This document shows, one piece after another, positions 18,050-27,029 of a stretch of 41,605 nucleotides of DNA. The position numbers and the translations under genes are program-made. The DNA comes from an uncultured Chitinophagaceae bacterium (lineage in GTDB: Bacteria > Planctomycetota > Planctomycetia > Pirellulales > UBA1268): positions 1 to 41,605 of the forward strand of contig CAZKSP010000001.1 in the NCBI GenBank assembly GCA_964555385.1, in the 5' to 3' direction. The notes below the pieces were generated by a model. It was not told the origin of the DNA. It was given only the letters and a program-made list of their open reading frames with translations, and did not search any database. Position 1 is the stretch's first letter; each line of letters opens with the position of its first letter.

Positions 18050-19672
18050 ATGTACAAACTCTTGCTCTGCTGGCGGTATCTTCGCACCCGCTGGATTGCC
18101 CTGGCCAGTGTCATCAGTGTGACGCTGGGGGTGGCCACGATGATCGTGGTCAATGCCGTGATGGCGGGCTTTGCCAACGAGATGCAGACGCGGATTCATG
18201 GCATCCTTTCCGATCTTGTTTTTGAGAGTCATTCGCTTTCCGGCTTCCAAGACCCGGTCTGGCACATGGAAGAGATCGAGCGGGCCGCTGGTGACCAGAT
18301 CGCCGGGATGACGCCGACTGTGGCAGTGCCGGCGATGCTGAGCTTTCAGGTGCGGAACCAGTGGGTGACCCGGCAGGTGATGTTCATCGGCATCGACCCA
18401 GCTACCCATGCTCAAGTGAGCGACTTCGGCCAGTACCTGCAGCATCCGGCCAACCGGCAGCAACTCTCATTCGACCTGCGGGAAGGGGGGTATGACACAA
18501 TCGACAGCCAGAGTCCCACCGAGACCCCAACCCGGCCGGCGCTTGAACATGCCGGTTGGCCGCACCGCCGGATGCGGGTCGAGCGGGAGCGTCTCTGGAA
18601 AGAGCGGATGGAGGCGCAGGCCGATCAAGCCGGGCCGACTCGACCAGTCGATCAGCAGGTCGACGCGGTGCTGGCCGCCAACTCAGCAGACGAGCCGGCG
18701 AACAACGACTCCGAAACAGCCCCTGCCGAGTCGGCCACACCGGCCGTACCGCCGCAAAATCCATTTCAAGCAGCCCGGCCCGAGCCTCAGGGCCGCACCA
18801 TGGATCCGGCCAAGGAGCAGTTTACCGGCATCGTGCCAGGCATCGGCCTGGCCAGCTTCCGCAACCGTGAGGGCGTCGACCAATTCCTGACGCTGCCGGG
18901 GGACGACGTGAAGATCACCTTCCCCACTGCCGGGACGCCACCGAAGGCGGTTAGTGATACCTTCACCATCGTTGACTTCTACGAAAGCAAGATGAGTGAG
19001 TACGACTCGAACTTTGTCTTCGTACCAATCAACGCCCTGCAGCGGATGCGAGGGATGATCGACCCACAGACTGGTATCCCGAGCGTCAACTCGATCCAGA
19101 TCAGGCTCAAGCCGGGAGCCGATCTTAACGAGGTCCGCGACAAACTCCGGCAGGTTTTTCCTGCCGATCTCTATGCGATCGCCACCTGGCGGGACAAGCA
19201 GGGACCACTGCTCTCGGCAGTCGACATGGAAATGGCCGTGCTCAACATCCTGCTGTTTCTGATCATTGCGGTGGCCGGCTTCGGCATCCTCGCCATCTTC
19301 TTCATGATCGTAGTCGAGAAAACCCGTGACATCGGCATCCTCAAGGCGCTTGGAGCGACCGCCGCAGGAATCGCCGGTATCTTCCTCGGCTATGGTCTGT
19401 TCCTTGGCCTCGTCGGAGCGGGGGCGGGGCTTGCCCTGGGACTGGGCATCACCTGGAACATCAACCAGATTCGCCAGGCGGTCGAGTGGTGCACCGGAGC
19501 CCGGGTCTTCGACCCATCGATCTATTACTTCTTTCAGATCCCGACCATCGTCAACCCAGCAACCGTTGGCTGGATCATCGTCGGAGCAGTGCTGATTGCC
19601 ATCGGCTCAAGCGTTTTGCCAGCAGTGCGAGCGGCCCGGCTGCATGCAGTGGAGGCCCTGCGGCATGAATGA
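18050..19672 (+). CDS. ABC transporter permease, LolC/LolE (FtsX/MacB-type) family, with an enlarged periplasmic domain
   Basis: N-terminus MYKLLLCWRYLRTRWIALASVISVTLGVATMIVVNAVMAGFANEM matches the LolC/E pattern. C-terminal FtsX-like helices (EKTRDIGILKALGAT....). Its stop overlaps the start of the ATPase gene (ATGAATGA). Confidence 0.85.
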   Translation: MYKLLLCWRYLRTRWIALASVISVTLGVATMIVVNAVMAGFANEMQTRIHGILSDLVFESHSLSGFQDPVWHMEEIERAAGDQIAGMTPTVAVPAMLSFQVRNQWVTRQVMFIGIDPATHAQVSDFGQYLQHPANRQQLSFDLREGGYDTIDSQSPTETPTRPALEHAGWPHRRMRVERERLWKERMEAQADQAGPTRPVDQQVDAVLAANSADEPANNDSETAPAESATPAVPPQNPFQAARPEPQGRTMDPAKEQFTGIVPGIGLASFRNREGVDQFLTLPGDDVKITFPTAGTPPKAVSDTFTIVDFYESKMSEYDSNFVFVPINALQRMRGMIDPQTGIPSVNSIQIRLKPGADLNEVRDKLRQVFPADLYAIATWRDKQGPLLSAVDMEMAVLNILLFLIIAVAGFGILAIFFMIVVEKTRDIGILKALGATAAGIAGIFLGYGLFLGLVGAGAGLALGLGITWNINQIRQAVEWCTGARVFDPSIYYFFQIPTIVNPATVGWIIVGAVLIAIGSSVLPAVRAARLHAVEALRHE

Positions 19673-20399
19673 GCCCCTGCTCCGAACGGACACCGCCGCC
19701 ATGCTGGAGACCCGCCAGGTCCTCAAGCGATACAAGTCGGGCAGCACCACCCTCGAGGTACTCCGGGGTGTTGACTTCAGGCTGCCCCAAGGAGGCTTCA
19801 CGGCCGTGGTTGGCCAGAGCGGCTCCGGCAAGAGCACGCTGCTGCACCTGATGGGCCTGCTCGACGCCCCCGACGGGGGTGAGGTGCTGCTGGAAGGCCG
19901 GCGGATTGACAACTTGTCGGCAGTTGAACGCGACCGGCTGCGGAACACTGCCATCGGCATGGTGTTTCAGGCCTATCACCTGCTGCCCGAACTGACCGCC
20001 GTGGAAAACGTACTGACACCGCTGTTGATCCGCCACAGCATCTGGAACTGGTTCAGCCGCCGTCGAGAGGCCCGCCTCGAGGCCGAAGAACTCCTCGACC
20101 GGTTTGGGCTGGCCGGTCGGCTGCACCACCGGCCCCGGCAACTCTCCGGCGGTGAGATGCAGCGGGTGGCAATCGCCCGGGCGTTGATCACCCAGCCTCG
20201 GGTGCTGCTTGCTGATGAGCCGACCGGCAACCTGGACGAGGAAAGTGGGGCTGGCATCATCGAGGCGCTCGACGAGTTGAACCGCGACCGTGGCCTTTCT
20301 ATAGTGCTCGTCACGCACGACGCAGGGATCGCCCGCCAGGCCCGCAGCATCGTCCGGCTGACTGCCGGCCGGGTTGAAACCGTCGCCCCTGCCGCCTGA
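19665..20399 (+). CDS. ABC transporter ATP-binding protein (LolD/MacB-type)
   Basis: Walker [11 protein letters not shown]-loop, ABC signature [15 protein letters not shown], Walker [13 protein letters not shown]-loop VTHD. ATG 19665 overlaps the permease stop. Confidence 0.9.
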   Translation: MNEPLLRTDTAAMLETRQVLKRYKSGSTTLEVLRGVDFRLPQGGFTAVVGQSGSGKSTLLHLMGLLDAPDGGEVLLEGRRIDNLSAVERDRLRNTAIGMVFQAYHLLPELTAVENVLTPLLIRHSIWNWFSRRREARLEAEELLDRFGLAGRLHHRPRQLSGGEMQRVAIARALITQPRVLLADEPTGNLDEESGAGIIEALDELNRDRGLSIVLVTHDAGIARQARSIVRLTAGRVETVAPAA

Positions 20400-20409
20400 A
20401 AGCAGATCG

Positions 20410-21267
20410 ATGTCCCGCACCATTTTTATCAACGACCGGCTCGTGCCGGAGGCTGAGGCACGAATCAGCGTCTTTGACCATGGGCTGCTCTATGGCGACG
20501 GGGTCTTTGAGGGACTGCGAAGCTACGCCGGTCGTGTCTTCCGGCTTGACGCCCACCTCGATCGGCTCTGGGCCAGTGCCCGGGCCATCTGCCTGGAGAT
20601 TCCGCTGGCTAAAGAGGCGATGGCCAAGGCGGTGATCGATACGCTGGCAGCCAATGACCTGAAGGACGGCTACATCCGGCTGATCGTCACCCGTGGGGCT
20701 GGCACGCTGGGCCTCGACCCGAACCGCTGCAGCAACCCGCAGGTGATCATCATCGCCGACACCATCAGCCTCTATCCGCAGGAGTTTTATGACCAAGGCC
20801 TGCGGATCGTCACCGCCGCCACCCAGCGAATTCAGCCAGCCGCCCTTTCGCCACGAATCAAGTCGCTGAACTACCTCAACAACATCATGGCCAAACTTGA
20901 GGGACTGCGGGCTGGCTGCGTCGAGGCCCTGATGCTCAACCACAAGGGCGAGGTGGCTGAGTGCACTGGTGACAATGTCTTTGTCGTCCGGTCGGGCCGC
21001 CTGCTCACACCGCCACCTGACGCCGGCATCCTGGAGGGCATTACCCGCAATGCGGTAATGGAACTGGCCCATGCCGCCGGTATCGACTGCCGCGAGGCGA
21101 CGCTCACCAGGCACGACCTCTACACGGCTGATGAATGCTTTCTGACCGGCACGGCAGCCGAGGTGATTCCGGTGGTCGACATCGACGGCCGCACAATCGG
21201 CAGCGGTGCCCCCGGCCCGATCACCAGTCGGCTAAAGGACGACTTTCACACGCTGGTGCGGCAGTAG
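20410..21267 (+). CDS. ilvE: Branched-chain amino acid aminotransferase (fold-type IV PLP enzyme)
   Basis: ATG 20410. Blocks: [46 protein letters not shown] (PLP-Lys region), EALMLN..G.V.EC.GDN.F.V, ILEGITR, and C-terminal EVIPVV.IDGR.IG.G.PGP.T. Confidence 0.9.
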   Translation: MSRTIFINDRLVPEAEARISVFDHGLLYGDGVFEGLRSYAGRVFRLDAHLDRLWASARAICLEIPLAKEAMAKAVIDTLAANDLKDGYIRLIVTRGAGTLGLDPNRCSNPQVIIIADTISLYPQEFYDQGLRIVTAATQRIQPAALSPRIKSLNYLNNIMAKLEGLRAGCVEALMLNHKGEVAECTGDNVFVVRSGRLLTPPPDAGILEGITRNAVMELAHAAGIDCREATLTRHDLYTADECFLTGTAAEVIPVVDIDGRTIGSGAPGPITSRLKDDFHTLVRQ

Positions 21268-21270
21268 CCG

Positions 21271-21690
21271 CTATTCGTCGCCGAGTCCCTCGTACCGTGA
21301 GGTATAGCCCGGCTCTTGGGACCGCACCAGTTCGGCCTCATATTCACTCATGATCCGGCTCTGAATCGTTTCCCGACAGGAGGCGTTGATGGGATGGGCA
21401 ATGTCGGCGTAGAGCCGTACCCGCCCCTCACCGTCGCGGGGCAGGTGTTTGTCATTCAGCTTTGATCCACACTGATTGCAATAGGCCGCCTTGAGTGGAT
21501 TTTTGAAACTGCACTGCCGGCAGTGGCCACACAGCTTGCGGCTGGGCATGGCCACGAATGGACCGCTGGGCCCTCCAATGAGCTTCAGATCTCGGATCAC
21601 GAACGCGCCGTCGATCGTGATGGAACAAAATGCCAGCAGCCGCTCAGCGGCGTTCTCAACCAGCTTGATCCGGACTTCGGTGATTTCCAT
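21271..21690 (-). CDS. spoVG: SpoVG family protein with an internal zinc-ribbon-like insertion
   Basis: ATG 21690. [52 protein letters not shown] and [19 protein letters not shown] match the SpoVG core. About 40 extra residues with CGHC...CNQC lie between the two blocks. Confidence 0.85.
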   Translation of the reverse strand: MEITEVRIKLVENAAERLLAFCSITIDGAFVIRDLKLIGGPSGPFVAMPSRKLCGHCRQCSFKNPLKAAYCNQCGSKLNDKHLPRDGEGRVRLYADIAHPINASCRETIQSRIMSEYEAELVRSQEPGYTSRYEGLGDE

Positions 21691-21755
21691 GCATTCCCCC
21701 AAAGGGGCATCCGGTCCGGCGATTCCCCGTCGCCGGCCGATGCCTTCACGATCGA

Positions 21756-22715
21756 TCAGATCTCAACCGCTGTGGGCGGTTTTACCCGCCCCGGTGTAAG
21801 CCGGCCCCAGAACACGCCCGGCCAGCCCGCAGCATCAAGCCGACCGGCCAGCCGCCGGGCCTCGGTGCCGGTGCGACAGAGGCTGAAGCAGGCACTGCCA
21901 CTGCCGGTGAGGAGGGGACGGACTGCCCCCAGCCTCGACATCATGCTCAGCAGTCGATCGACCGCCGGCGCCAGCCGTCGAGCTGGCGGCTCAAGCATGT
22001 TGTCAAGGAGCGGCAGGGCCCGCCGCAGCTCACCCGCTGCTAAAGCGGCCGCCAGAGCCGCCGCCTCACCCCGTCGGCTGGCATCGGGCTGGCAGGCGGC
22101 GTAGACCGCCGCCGTCGAGAGCCCCTCCGCTGGACAGGCAATCACGACCGGAAGCGGTCGGATACCAGTCACCGGTAAGACCTGTTCACCGCGGCCGGTA
22201 ACCAGCCCGGCCGAACGGGCGAAGAACCAGGGAATGTCGCTGCCGATTTCAGCAGACAGCTCCGCCAAGCGTTCGGCGGACCAGTCGAGTCCCCATAAAC
22301 TCGCGGCCGCCTGCATAGCGGCAGCCGCATCGCTTGACCCACCAGCCAGACCGGCCCCGGAGGGAATTTCTTTGTCCAGCTCAATGGCGAGACCTGCGGT
22401 CACCCCAGCCCGCTCAGCCAGCAGCCGAACCGCCCGGATGACAAGGTTGCGGTCATCGGCGGGCACGTCCCGGGCGAGCTGCCGTCCGTTGCCCTGGGCC
22501 AGCCGGCCGCGAAACCTGACCTGCAGAGTAAACACTCCTTCCGGCTGCCGCTTGAGCCGCAGCTTGTCATGCAGCGTTACCGGCACCATCAGACTTTCAA
22601 TCTCGTGAAAGCCGTCTGACCGGCGGGCCAGCACTTGGAGTGACAGGTTGAGCTTGGCCGGCGCGCAAACAGAGATGCTTTCCTCTAAACCGATCTGACT
22701 GGCCCACCCAACCAC
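21756..22715 (-). CDS. ispE: 4-(cytidine 5'-diphospho)-2-C-methyl-D-erythritol kinase
   Basis: GHMP kinase motifs: [23 protein letters not shown] and [20 protein letters not shown] start 22715 with GGGAGGG 8 nt upstream. Confidence 0.9.
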   Translation of the reverse strand: MVGWASQIGLEESISVCAPAKLNLSLQVLARRSDGFHEIESLMVPVTLHDKLRLKRQPEGVFTLQVRFRGRLAQGNGRQLARDVPADDRNLVIRAVRLLAERAGVTAGLAIELDKEIPSGAGLAGGSSDAAAAMQAAASLWGLDWSAERLAELSAEIGSDIPWFFARSAGLVTGRGEQVLPVTGIRPLPVVIACPAEGLSTAAVYAACQPDASRRGEAAALAAALAAGELRRALPLLDNMLEPPARRLAPAVDRLLSMMSRLGAVRPLLTGSGSACFSLCRTGTEARRLAGRLDAAGWPGVFWGRLTPGRVKPPTAVEI

Positions 22716-22920
22716 GCGTCAATCCCTCCCGTTTGCCGGTGACCGTAGCCCCGGCAAACGACACGAAACGGCCCCGCCAATACGGTTTAGCGTTGCGGCG
22801 GCTGAAATCCCCATCGGGATTACGACACGCTGGAACGGACGTCGTCTTCCCACGTTTTGCTAGCGTACCCGCGGCACGAAGCGGGGGTCAACGAAACCCC
22901 GCAAACACCGGAGGCAGGAG

Positions 22921-23136
22921 CTACCGCCAGTTGACGACGAAATTGATCGTCACTCCCGCAAGAATCAGGCCGGTGGCCACTAAAGCCGCCAGCAGGATCG
23001 AAATGCTGCGGCCGGCCCAGAGGTCGTCGCGGATCATCTCGGTGCGATCTGACTTTTCAAAGGAGGCATTCCAGACCGGAAATGCCTGCTCGTCGTAGAC
23101 CCAGGCGGTCCGCTCTTCAAGCTGTTTCTGACTCAT
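22921..23136 (-). CDS. Small C-terminally anchored membrane protein (hypothetical)
   Basis: 71 aa from ATG 23136 inside ORF 22921..23199. One C-terminal hydrophobic helix (ISILLAALVATGLILAGVTINFVV). A GC-rich hairpin follows the stop. No family recognised. Confidence 0.4.
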   Translation of the reverse strand: MSQKQLEERTAWVYDEQAFPVWNASFEKSDRTEMIRDDLWAGRSISILLAALVATGLILAGVTINFVVNWR

Positions 23137-23259
23137 CGGCGACGGCTGGTATTCTCGGGAAAGCGGTTGTTTTTCGGCAGCTCGTCTGCCGCCCCCCATA
23201 CTCTAATGTCCATTCGGCCCGCGTACCAGCGGTGCCAGTCCCCCCTCCGCTCAACACCC

Positions 23260-24345
23260 ATGTCCCTGCCCATACCCTCAGCCAGCCCACTGCCCCATCT
23301 GCTTGATCCGGGCTTTGACCTTCCCGAATGGCTACAGGCAGCGGGCCAGCCCGCCTGGCGGGCACGGGCCATTCGCCGATGGCTGCATGGCCGGCGGGCC
23401 CAATCGTTTGCCGACATGACCGATTTGCCCGCAACGCTGCGGACCCAGTTGGAAGCGGCGACGACCATCTGGACCACCAACGTCGTCAAGCACCAGCTGG
23501 CCGAAGATGGTACCGAGAAGCTGCTGCTTGGCCTGCATGATGGCCAGCGGATTGAGTGTGTGCTGCTGCGGGACGGGATCCGCCGGACAGTCTGTATTTC
23601 GTCTCAGGTCGGCTGTGCGATGGGCTGCGTTTTCTGCGCCAGCGGCCTTGACGGAGTCGTCCGAAACCTGACCACTGGCGAGATCATCGAGCAGCTGCTG
23701 CGGCTGGCCCGGCTGCTGCCGGCTGACGAGCGGCTCAGCCACATCGTGGTGATGGGCATGGGAGAGCCACTCGCCAACCTCGACCGGCTGCTGCCGGCGC
23801 TTGCCGCCGCCCAGGAGCCCGAAGGCCTCGGCATCTCACAACGGAGAATTACCATCTCGACCGTTGGCCTGCCGCCGGCGGTGGACCGGCTGAGTGACCT
23901 GAACCCGGGCTATCATCTGGCCGTTTCACTGCACGCCGCTGACGACCAGCTGCGTACCAAGCTGGTACCGGTCAACCAGTCGATCGGCATTGAAGCAGTG
24001 TTGGCTGCTGCCGATCGCTACTGGGAGGCCTCCGGCCGGCGACTGACCTTTGAGTATGTACTGCTGGGCAACCTCAACGATTCCCCCGAGCACGCTCGCA
24101 GCCTGGTGCGGCTGCTCGGCCGCCGAGCGGCACTGGTCAACGTCATTCCCTACAACACGGTCAGCGGGCTGCCCTGGGAAGAGCCGAGTGACGTCGCCCA
24201 GACACGGTTTCTCGATATCCTGCGGAAGGCCGGCATCAACGTGCAGGTTCGCCGCCGGAAGGGAGCCCGAATCGACGCCGCCTGTGGACAACTCCGCCGG
24301 CTCGCCGCATCACACGAGCCGACCAAAGACGATCACGGCGAGTAG
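23260..24345 (+). CDS. rlmN: 23S rRNA / tRNA (adenine-C2)-methyltransferase RlmN (radical SAM)
   Basis: Radical-SAM cluster motif CISSQVGCAMGCVFCASG. Also MGMGEPLAN, ISTVG, LAVSLHA, FEYVLL...ND, N.IPYN, and ACGQL near the C-terminus. Start is ATG 23260 (best N-terminal length versus RlmN) or ATG 23206. Confidence 0.9.
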   Translation: MSLPIPSASPLPHLLDPGFDLPEWLQAAGQPAWRARAIRRWLHGRRAQSFADMTDLPATLRTQLEAATTIWTTNVVKHQLAEDGTEKLLLGLHDGQRIECVLLRDGIRRTVCISSQVGCAMGCVFCASGLDGVVRNLTTGEIIEQLLRLARLLPADERLSHIVVMGMGEPLANLDRLLPALAAAQEPEGLGISQRRITISTVGLPPAVDRLSDLNPGYHLAVSLHAADDQLRTKLVPVNQSIGIEAVLAAADRYWEASGRRLTFEYVLLGNLNDSPEHARSLVRLLGRRAALVNVIPYNTVSGLPWEEPSDVAQTRFLDILRKAGINVQVRRRKGARIDAACGQLRRLAASHEPTKDDHGE

Positions 24346-24528
24346 CACCACGCCGAGAATACCGACGAGCCAGATCGCCCATTCGACAGTCGCCGACCAG
24401 ATGGCTGCCGGCAACTCGTGATGCGTGGCTGCGAAGACATAGCTTGCTGCTGCAATCAGCGGCAGGCTGAACAGCAACATCGGCACCCCTTCAAGCAGTA
24501 GGGCGATGAGCGGCGTTGATGGAACCAT
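24310..24528 (-). CDS. Small two-helix membrane protein (hypothetical)
   Basis: 72 aa, ATG start, two clear hydrophobic helices. It is 24 nt downstream of the preceding membrane-protein gene on the same strand. Its 3' end overlaps the rlmN 3' end by 36 nt (convergent). Confidence 0.4.
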   Translation of the reverse strand: MVPSTPLIALLLEGVPMLLFSLPLIAAASYVFAATHHELPAAIWSATVEWAIWLVGILGVVLLAVIVFGRLV

Positions 24529-24552
24529 GGAAGGCTTCGTAATCAGACGGGG

Positions 24553-25305
24553 TCAGGCGGGCTGATCGGACTCGGACTCGGGAGCTCCTTGCGGCTCCCC
24601 GTTGGCTGGCTCGTCGGTTGGCTCGTCGGTCTTTTTCTGGTGTTTATCCTTTGGAGGATGCATCGGGCCTGCCCAGGCATCATAGATGAGCAGCAGATTG
24701 AGCATGCCAGCCACCACGGTGTAGAGCGTGCCGAGTTCAAAGAACCGACCCAGCTCGTGATGCCACATCGAGATCTGGTCGGCCCGAAACTGTCGGTATG
24801 GCGGCCGATCGAAGAAGTCATCTTCCGCCAAATAGGGGTCGGTCTGCACCAGCCGATCAGCGTAGCGGCGGGAGACAAGCTGGCCGTCATATAAAGGAGG
24901 CGCCAGCCAACCACTGAGCCAGATGGGCTCACGGGAGGGTCCGTTAACTGCCAGCGACTGCATCACGGCCGGGATTGCCACCATGCCAATGCCGGCTTGG
25001 GGCACGAACCACCAGCGGGTGTCGTTCGGACGCCGCGAGGCATAGACAACCCGGCCGCTGCCCAACCAGAGGCCGAGCAGCAGAATGATGGTCACCACGC
25101 CCATCGAGATCGCCCCCTTGCGGGTACGACCCTGATAAAGATGCCCCAGCCCCGGTATGAGCCAGGCCAGCACCGCCGCCAGTTCGGGCTGCTTCAAATC
25201 GATAGCGGCACCATCGTCCGGCGAGACAGCGACGATCCGCCGGGCGGGCGGCTGTATCGGGCGTTCTTTGCGTTTTGCCAAGGCGTCATTCCGGGACGGC
25301 AACAA
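24553..25305 (-). CDS. Multi-pass membrane protein (hypothetical; WLIPGLGHLYQGR motif)
   Basis: 250 aa. The motif AAVLAWLIPGLGHLYQGRTRKGAI is followed by several helices and an acidic/Pro-rich tail (TDEPTDEPANGEP). The first in-frame start is TTG 25305, so the start is uncertain. Confidence 0.6.
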   Translation of the reverse strand: MLPSRNDALAKRKERPIQPPARRIVAVSPDDGAAIDLKQPELAAVLAWLIPGLGHLYQGRTRKGAISMGVVTIILLLGLWLGSGRVVYASRRPNDTRWWFVPQAGIGMVAIPAVMQSLAVNGPSREPIWLSGWLAPPLYDGQLVSRRYADRLVQTDPYLAEDDFFDRPPYRQFRADQISMWHHELGRFFELGTLYTVVAGMLNLLLIYDAWAGPMHPPKDKHQKKTDEPTDEPANGEPQGAPESESDQPA

Positions 25306-25358
25306 ACTGAAACCACTGATCGTATCGTACCGTGGCCCTGAAATGGTACCGGTAGACG

Positions 25359-26261
25359 CTACCCCTCCTGAAAGAGCTGCCGGACGGCCCGGACTCGGGG
25401 GCGGGAGATGCCGCTGGCTGAGCCCTGATGAAAGGTGGGCGGAACTGCCGTCTCAACGGTGGGATCGGCCGGCACGAGTTCTCGCCAGACCCGCTCAACT
25501 GTCGAGGCATCAACACCGGTCAGCCCGTCACCGGCGGCGGCGGCCAACGCCAGATGCGCCAGACGGCTGACCATGCGGGGCAGACCTTCGGCGAACCGAG
25601 TCAGCGTCGCCACCGCAGCGGGTGAAAAAATTGCTGGATCGCCACCAGCCCGTGTGAGGGCCGCCGCCAGAAACCGGCCGACGTCAGCCTCGCTCCAAGA
25701 CACCAGCGGAATCCGCATGGCGGCCTGATTCCGCAGACTGTCGGGCAGATTCCCAACCGTGGTCCCGGTGGCTGTGCCGACCACCAGCGTCCAGGCAAAC
25801 CGAGGCTCGGCACTGCCGACCAGCCGGCTCAGGCCCGCCACCGCATCGGCCGGCGCCTGGTCGAGATCATCGACGACGATCACGGTCGGCCGCTCCAGCA
25901 GCCGATTCTCCCGCAATCGGTTCTCAAGCTTCTGCCAGGCAGACGTCGGCTCAACCCGGCTGGCATGATCGAGCGGCAGTCGTTCCAGCAGCAGCTCCAG
26001 CCATTCCCCCTGTGGCACACCGCGCAATGAGACCAACACCGCCTCGGCACCAAGCGCCCCCAGGCGGCGAACTGCCATTGTTGCCAGATGGCTTTTGCCG
26101 ACTCCGGCGGCACCGATGACCAGGGCGAATCGCTGCCGCTCCTCGAAGAGCCACTCAAGTCTGGCCAGCACTTCGTCCTGAGGTTGGCCGCAGCAAAAAG
26201 CAGCTGGTGACAGCGTGGCCTCAAAGGGAGATGCCGTAAACTTCCAACAGTCGCGTACCAT
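25359..26261 (-). CDS. AAA-type ATPase, ExeA/GspA-like
   Basis: N-terminal F..SPFE....P..F.......E.L.RL pattern, Walker A VIGAAGVGKSHL, and Walker B VIVVDDLD. Length and layout resemble ExeA-like ATPases. Confidence 0.75.
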   Translation of the reverse strand: MVRDCWKFTASPFEATLSPAAFCCGQPQDEVLARLEWLFEERQRFALVIGAAGVGKSHLATMAVRRLGALGAEAVLVSLRGVPQGEWLELLLERLPLDHASRVEPTSAWQKLENRLRENRLLERPTVIVVDDLDQAPADAVAGLSRLVGSAEPRFAWTLVVGTATGTTVGNLPDSLRNQAAMRIPLVSWSEADVGRFLAAALTRAGGDPAIFSPAAVATLTRFAEGLPRMVSRLAHLALAAAAGDGLTGVDASTVERVWRELVPADPTVETAVPPTFHQGSASGISRPRVRAVRQLFQEG

Positions 26262-26333
26262 GGGAAAGAGCGTACGCCCTTCCCCGCGTTGGCGTCAGCG
26301 TCATTTTTCAGGCCAACAAGAGACGTTTTGTCG

Positions 26334-27029
26334 ATGAGCCAGCGGTATTTTCTCACCAGCCCACCTGCCGGTAGCCGGGCAATCCTTGCGGGAGATGAGG
26401 CGCGGCATGTTGCCCGGGTGATGCGGGCTCAGCCGGGGGCCGGGCTCGAAGTGTTTGACGGTGAGGGTCAGTGGTGGACCGCAACGGTTTTGGGCATTGA
26501 GCGGGGGACTGTTCAGCTTGAACTTGGTGAGTGTCACAGCGAGCAAATCACGGCGCCGAACCTGACCTTGGCAGTCGCCCTGCCCAAGGGTGATCGCCAG
26601 AAGTGGCTGATCGAAAAGCTGACCGAACTGGGCGTCAACCGGCTCATTCCCCTGAGGACCGTTCGCGGAGTGGCCGAGCCGACGGCTGCCGCGATCGAAC
26701 GACTACGGCGGGGTGTAATCGAAGCCTGCAAACAGTGCGGCCGCTGCCGGCTCCTGCAGATCGCCGAGGCCAGCACCCTGGAATCGCTCGCAACCCTGCA
26801 GCCAACCGCCCAGCGGCTGCTTGCAGATCCTGGTGGTCTTCCATTGGCGGCAGCTACCACCTCGACCGTCAGCGACCTCCTCGTGGCCATCGGCCCTGAA
26901 GGTGGCTTCACAGGCGAGGAGATCGCCACTGCCGAGGCGGTCGGCTTCAAGCGGGTGTCACTCGGGCCACACATCCTGCGGATCGAGACTGCCGCAATCG
27001 CCATGGCCGCAGCCTACAGGCTGACCTGA
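26334..27029 (+). CDS. rsmE: 16S rRNA (uracil1498-N3)-methyltransferase
   Basis: ATG 26334. MSQRYFL......L.GDEARHV.RVMR (PUA-like N-terminus), LAVALPKGDR..WLIEKLTELGV..LIPL, and IGPEGGFTGEEI ... LGP.ILR.ETAAI (SPOUT knot). Confidence 0.85.
   Translation: MSQRYFLTSPPAGSRAILAGDEARHVARVMRAQPGAGLEVFDGEGQWWTATVLGIERGTVQLELGECHSEQITAPNLTLAVALPKGDRQKWLIEKLTELGVNRLIPLRTVRGVAEPTAAAIERLRRGVIEACKQCGRCRLLQIAEASTLESLATLQPTAQRLLADPGGLPLAAATTSTVSDLLVAIGPEGGFTGEEIATAEAVGFKRVSLGPHILRIETAAIAMAAAYRLT

Noticed and set aside
15146-18463. Antisense ORFs 15146..15814, 15601..16080, 16970..17611 and 17849..18463
   Set aside because: They lie opposite the SMP-30, lysS and Lol-permease genes. They are compositionally biased, with no recognisable domains.
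19575-21114. Long minus-strand ORFs 19575..20432 (285 aa) and 20311..21114 (267 aa)
   Set aside because: They are antisense to the ABC ATPase and ilvE, both of which have full canonical motif sets. The antisense translations are Arg/Gly/Ala/Pro-rich with no motifs.
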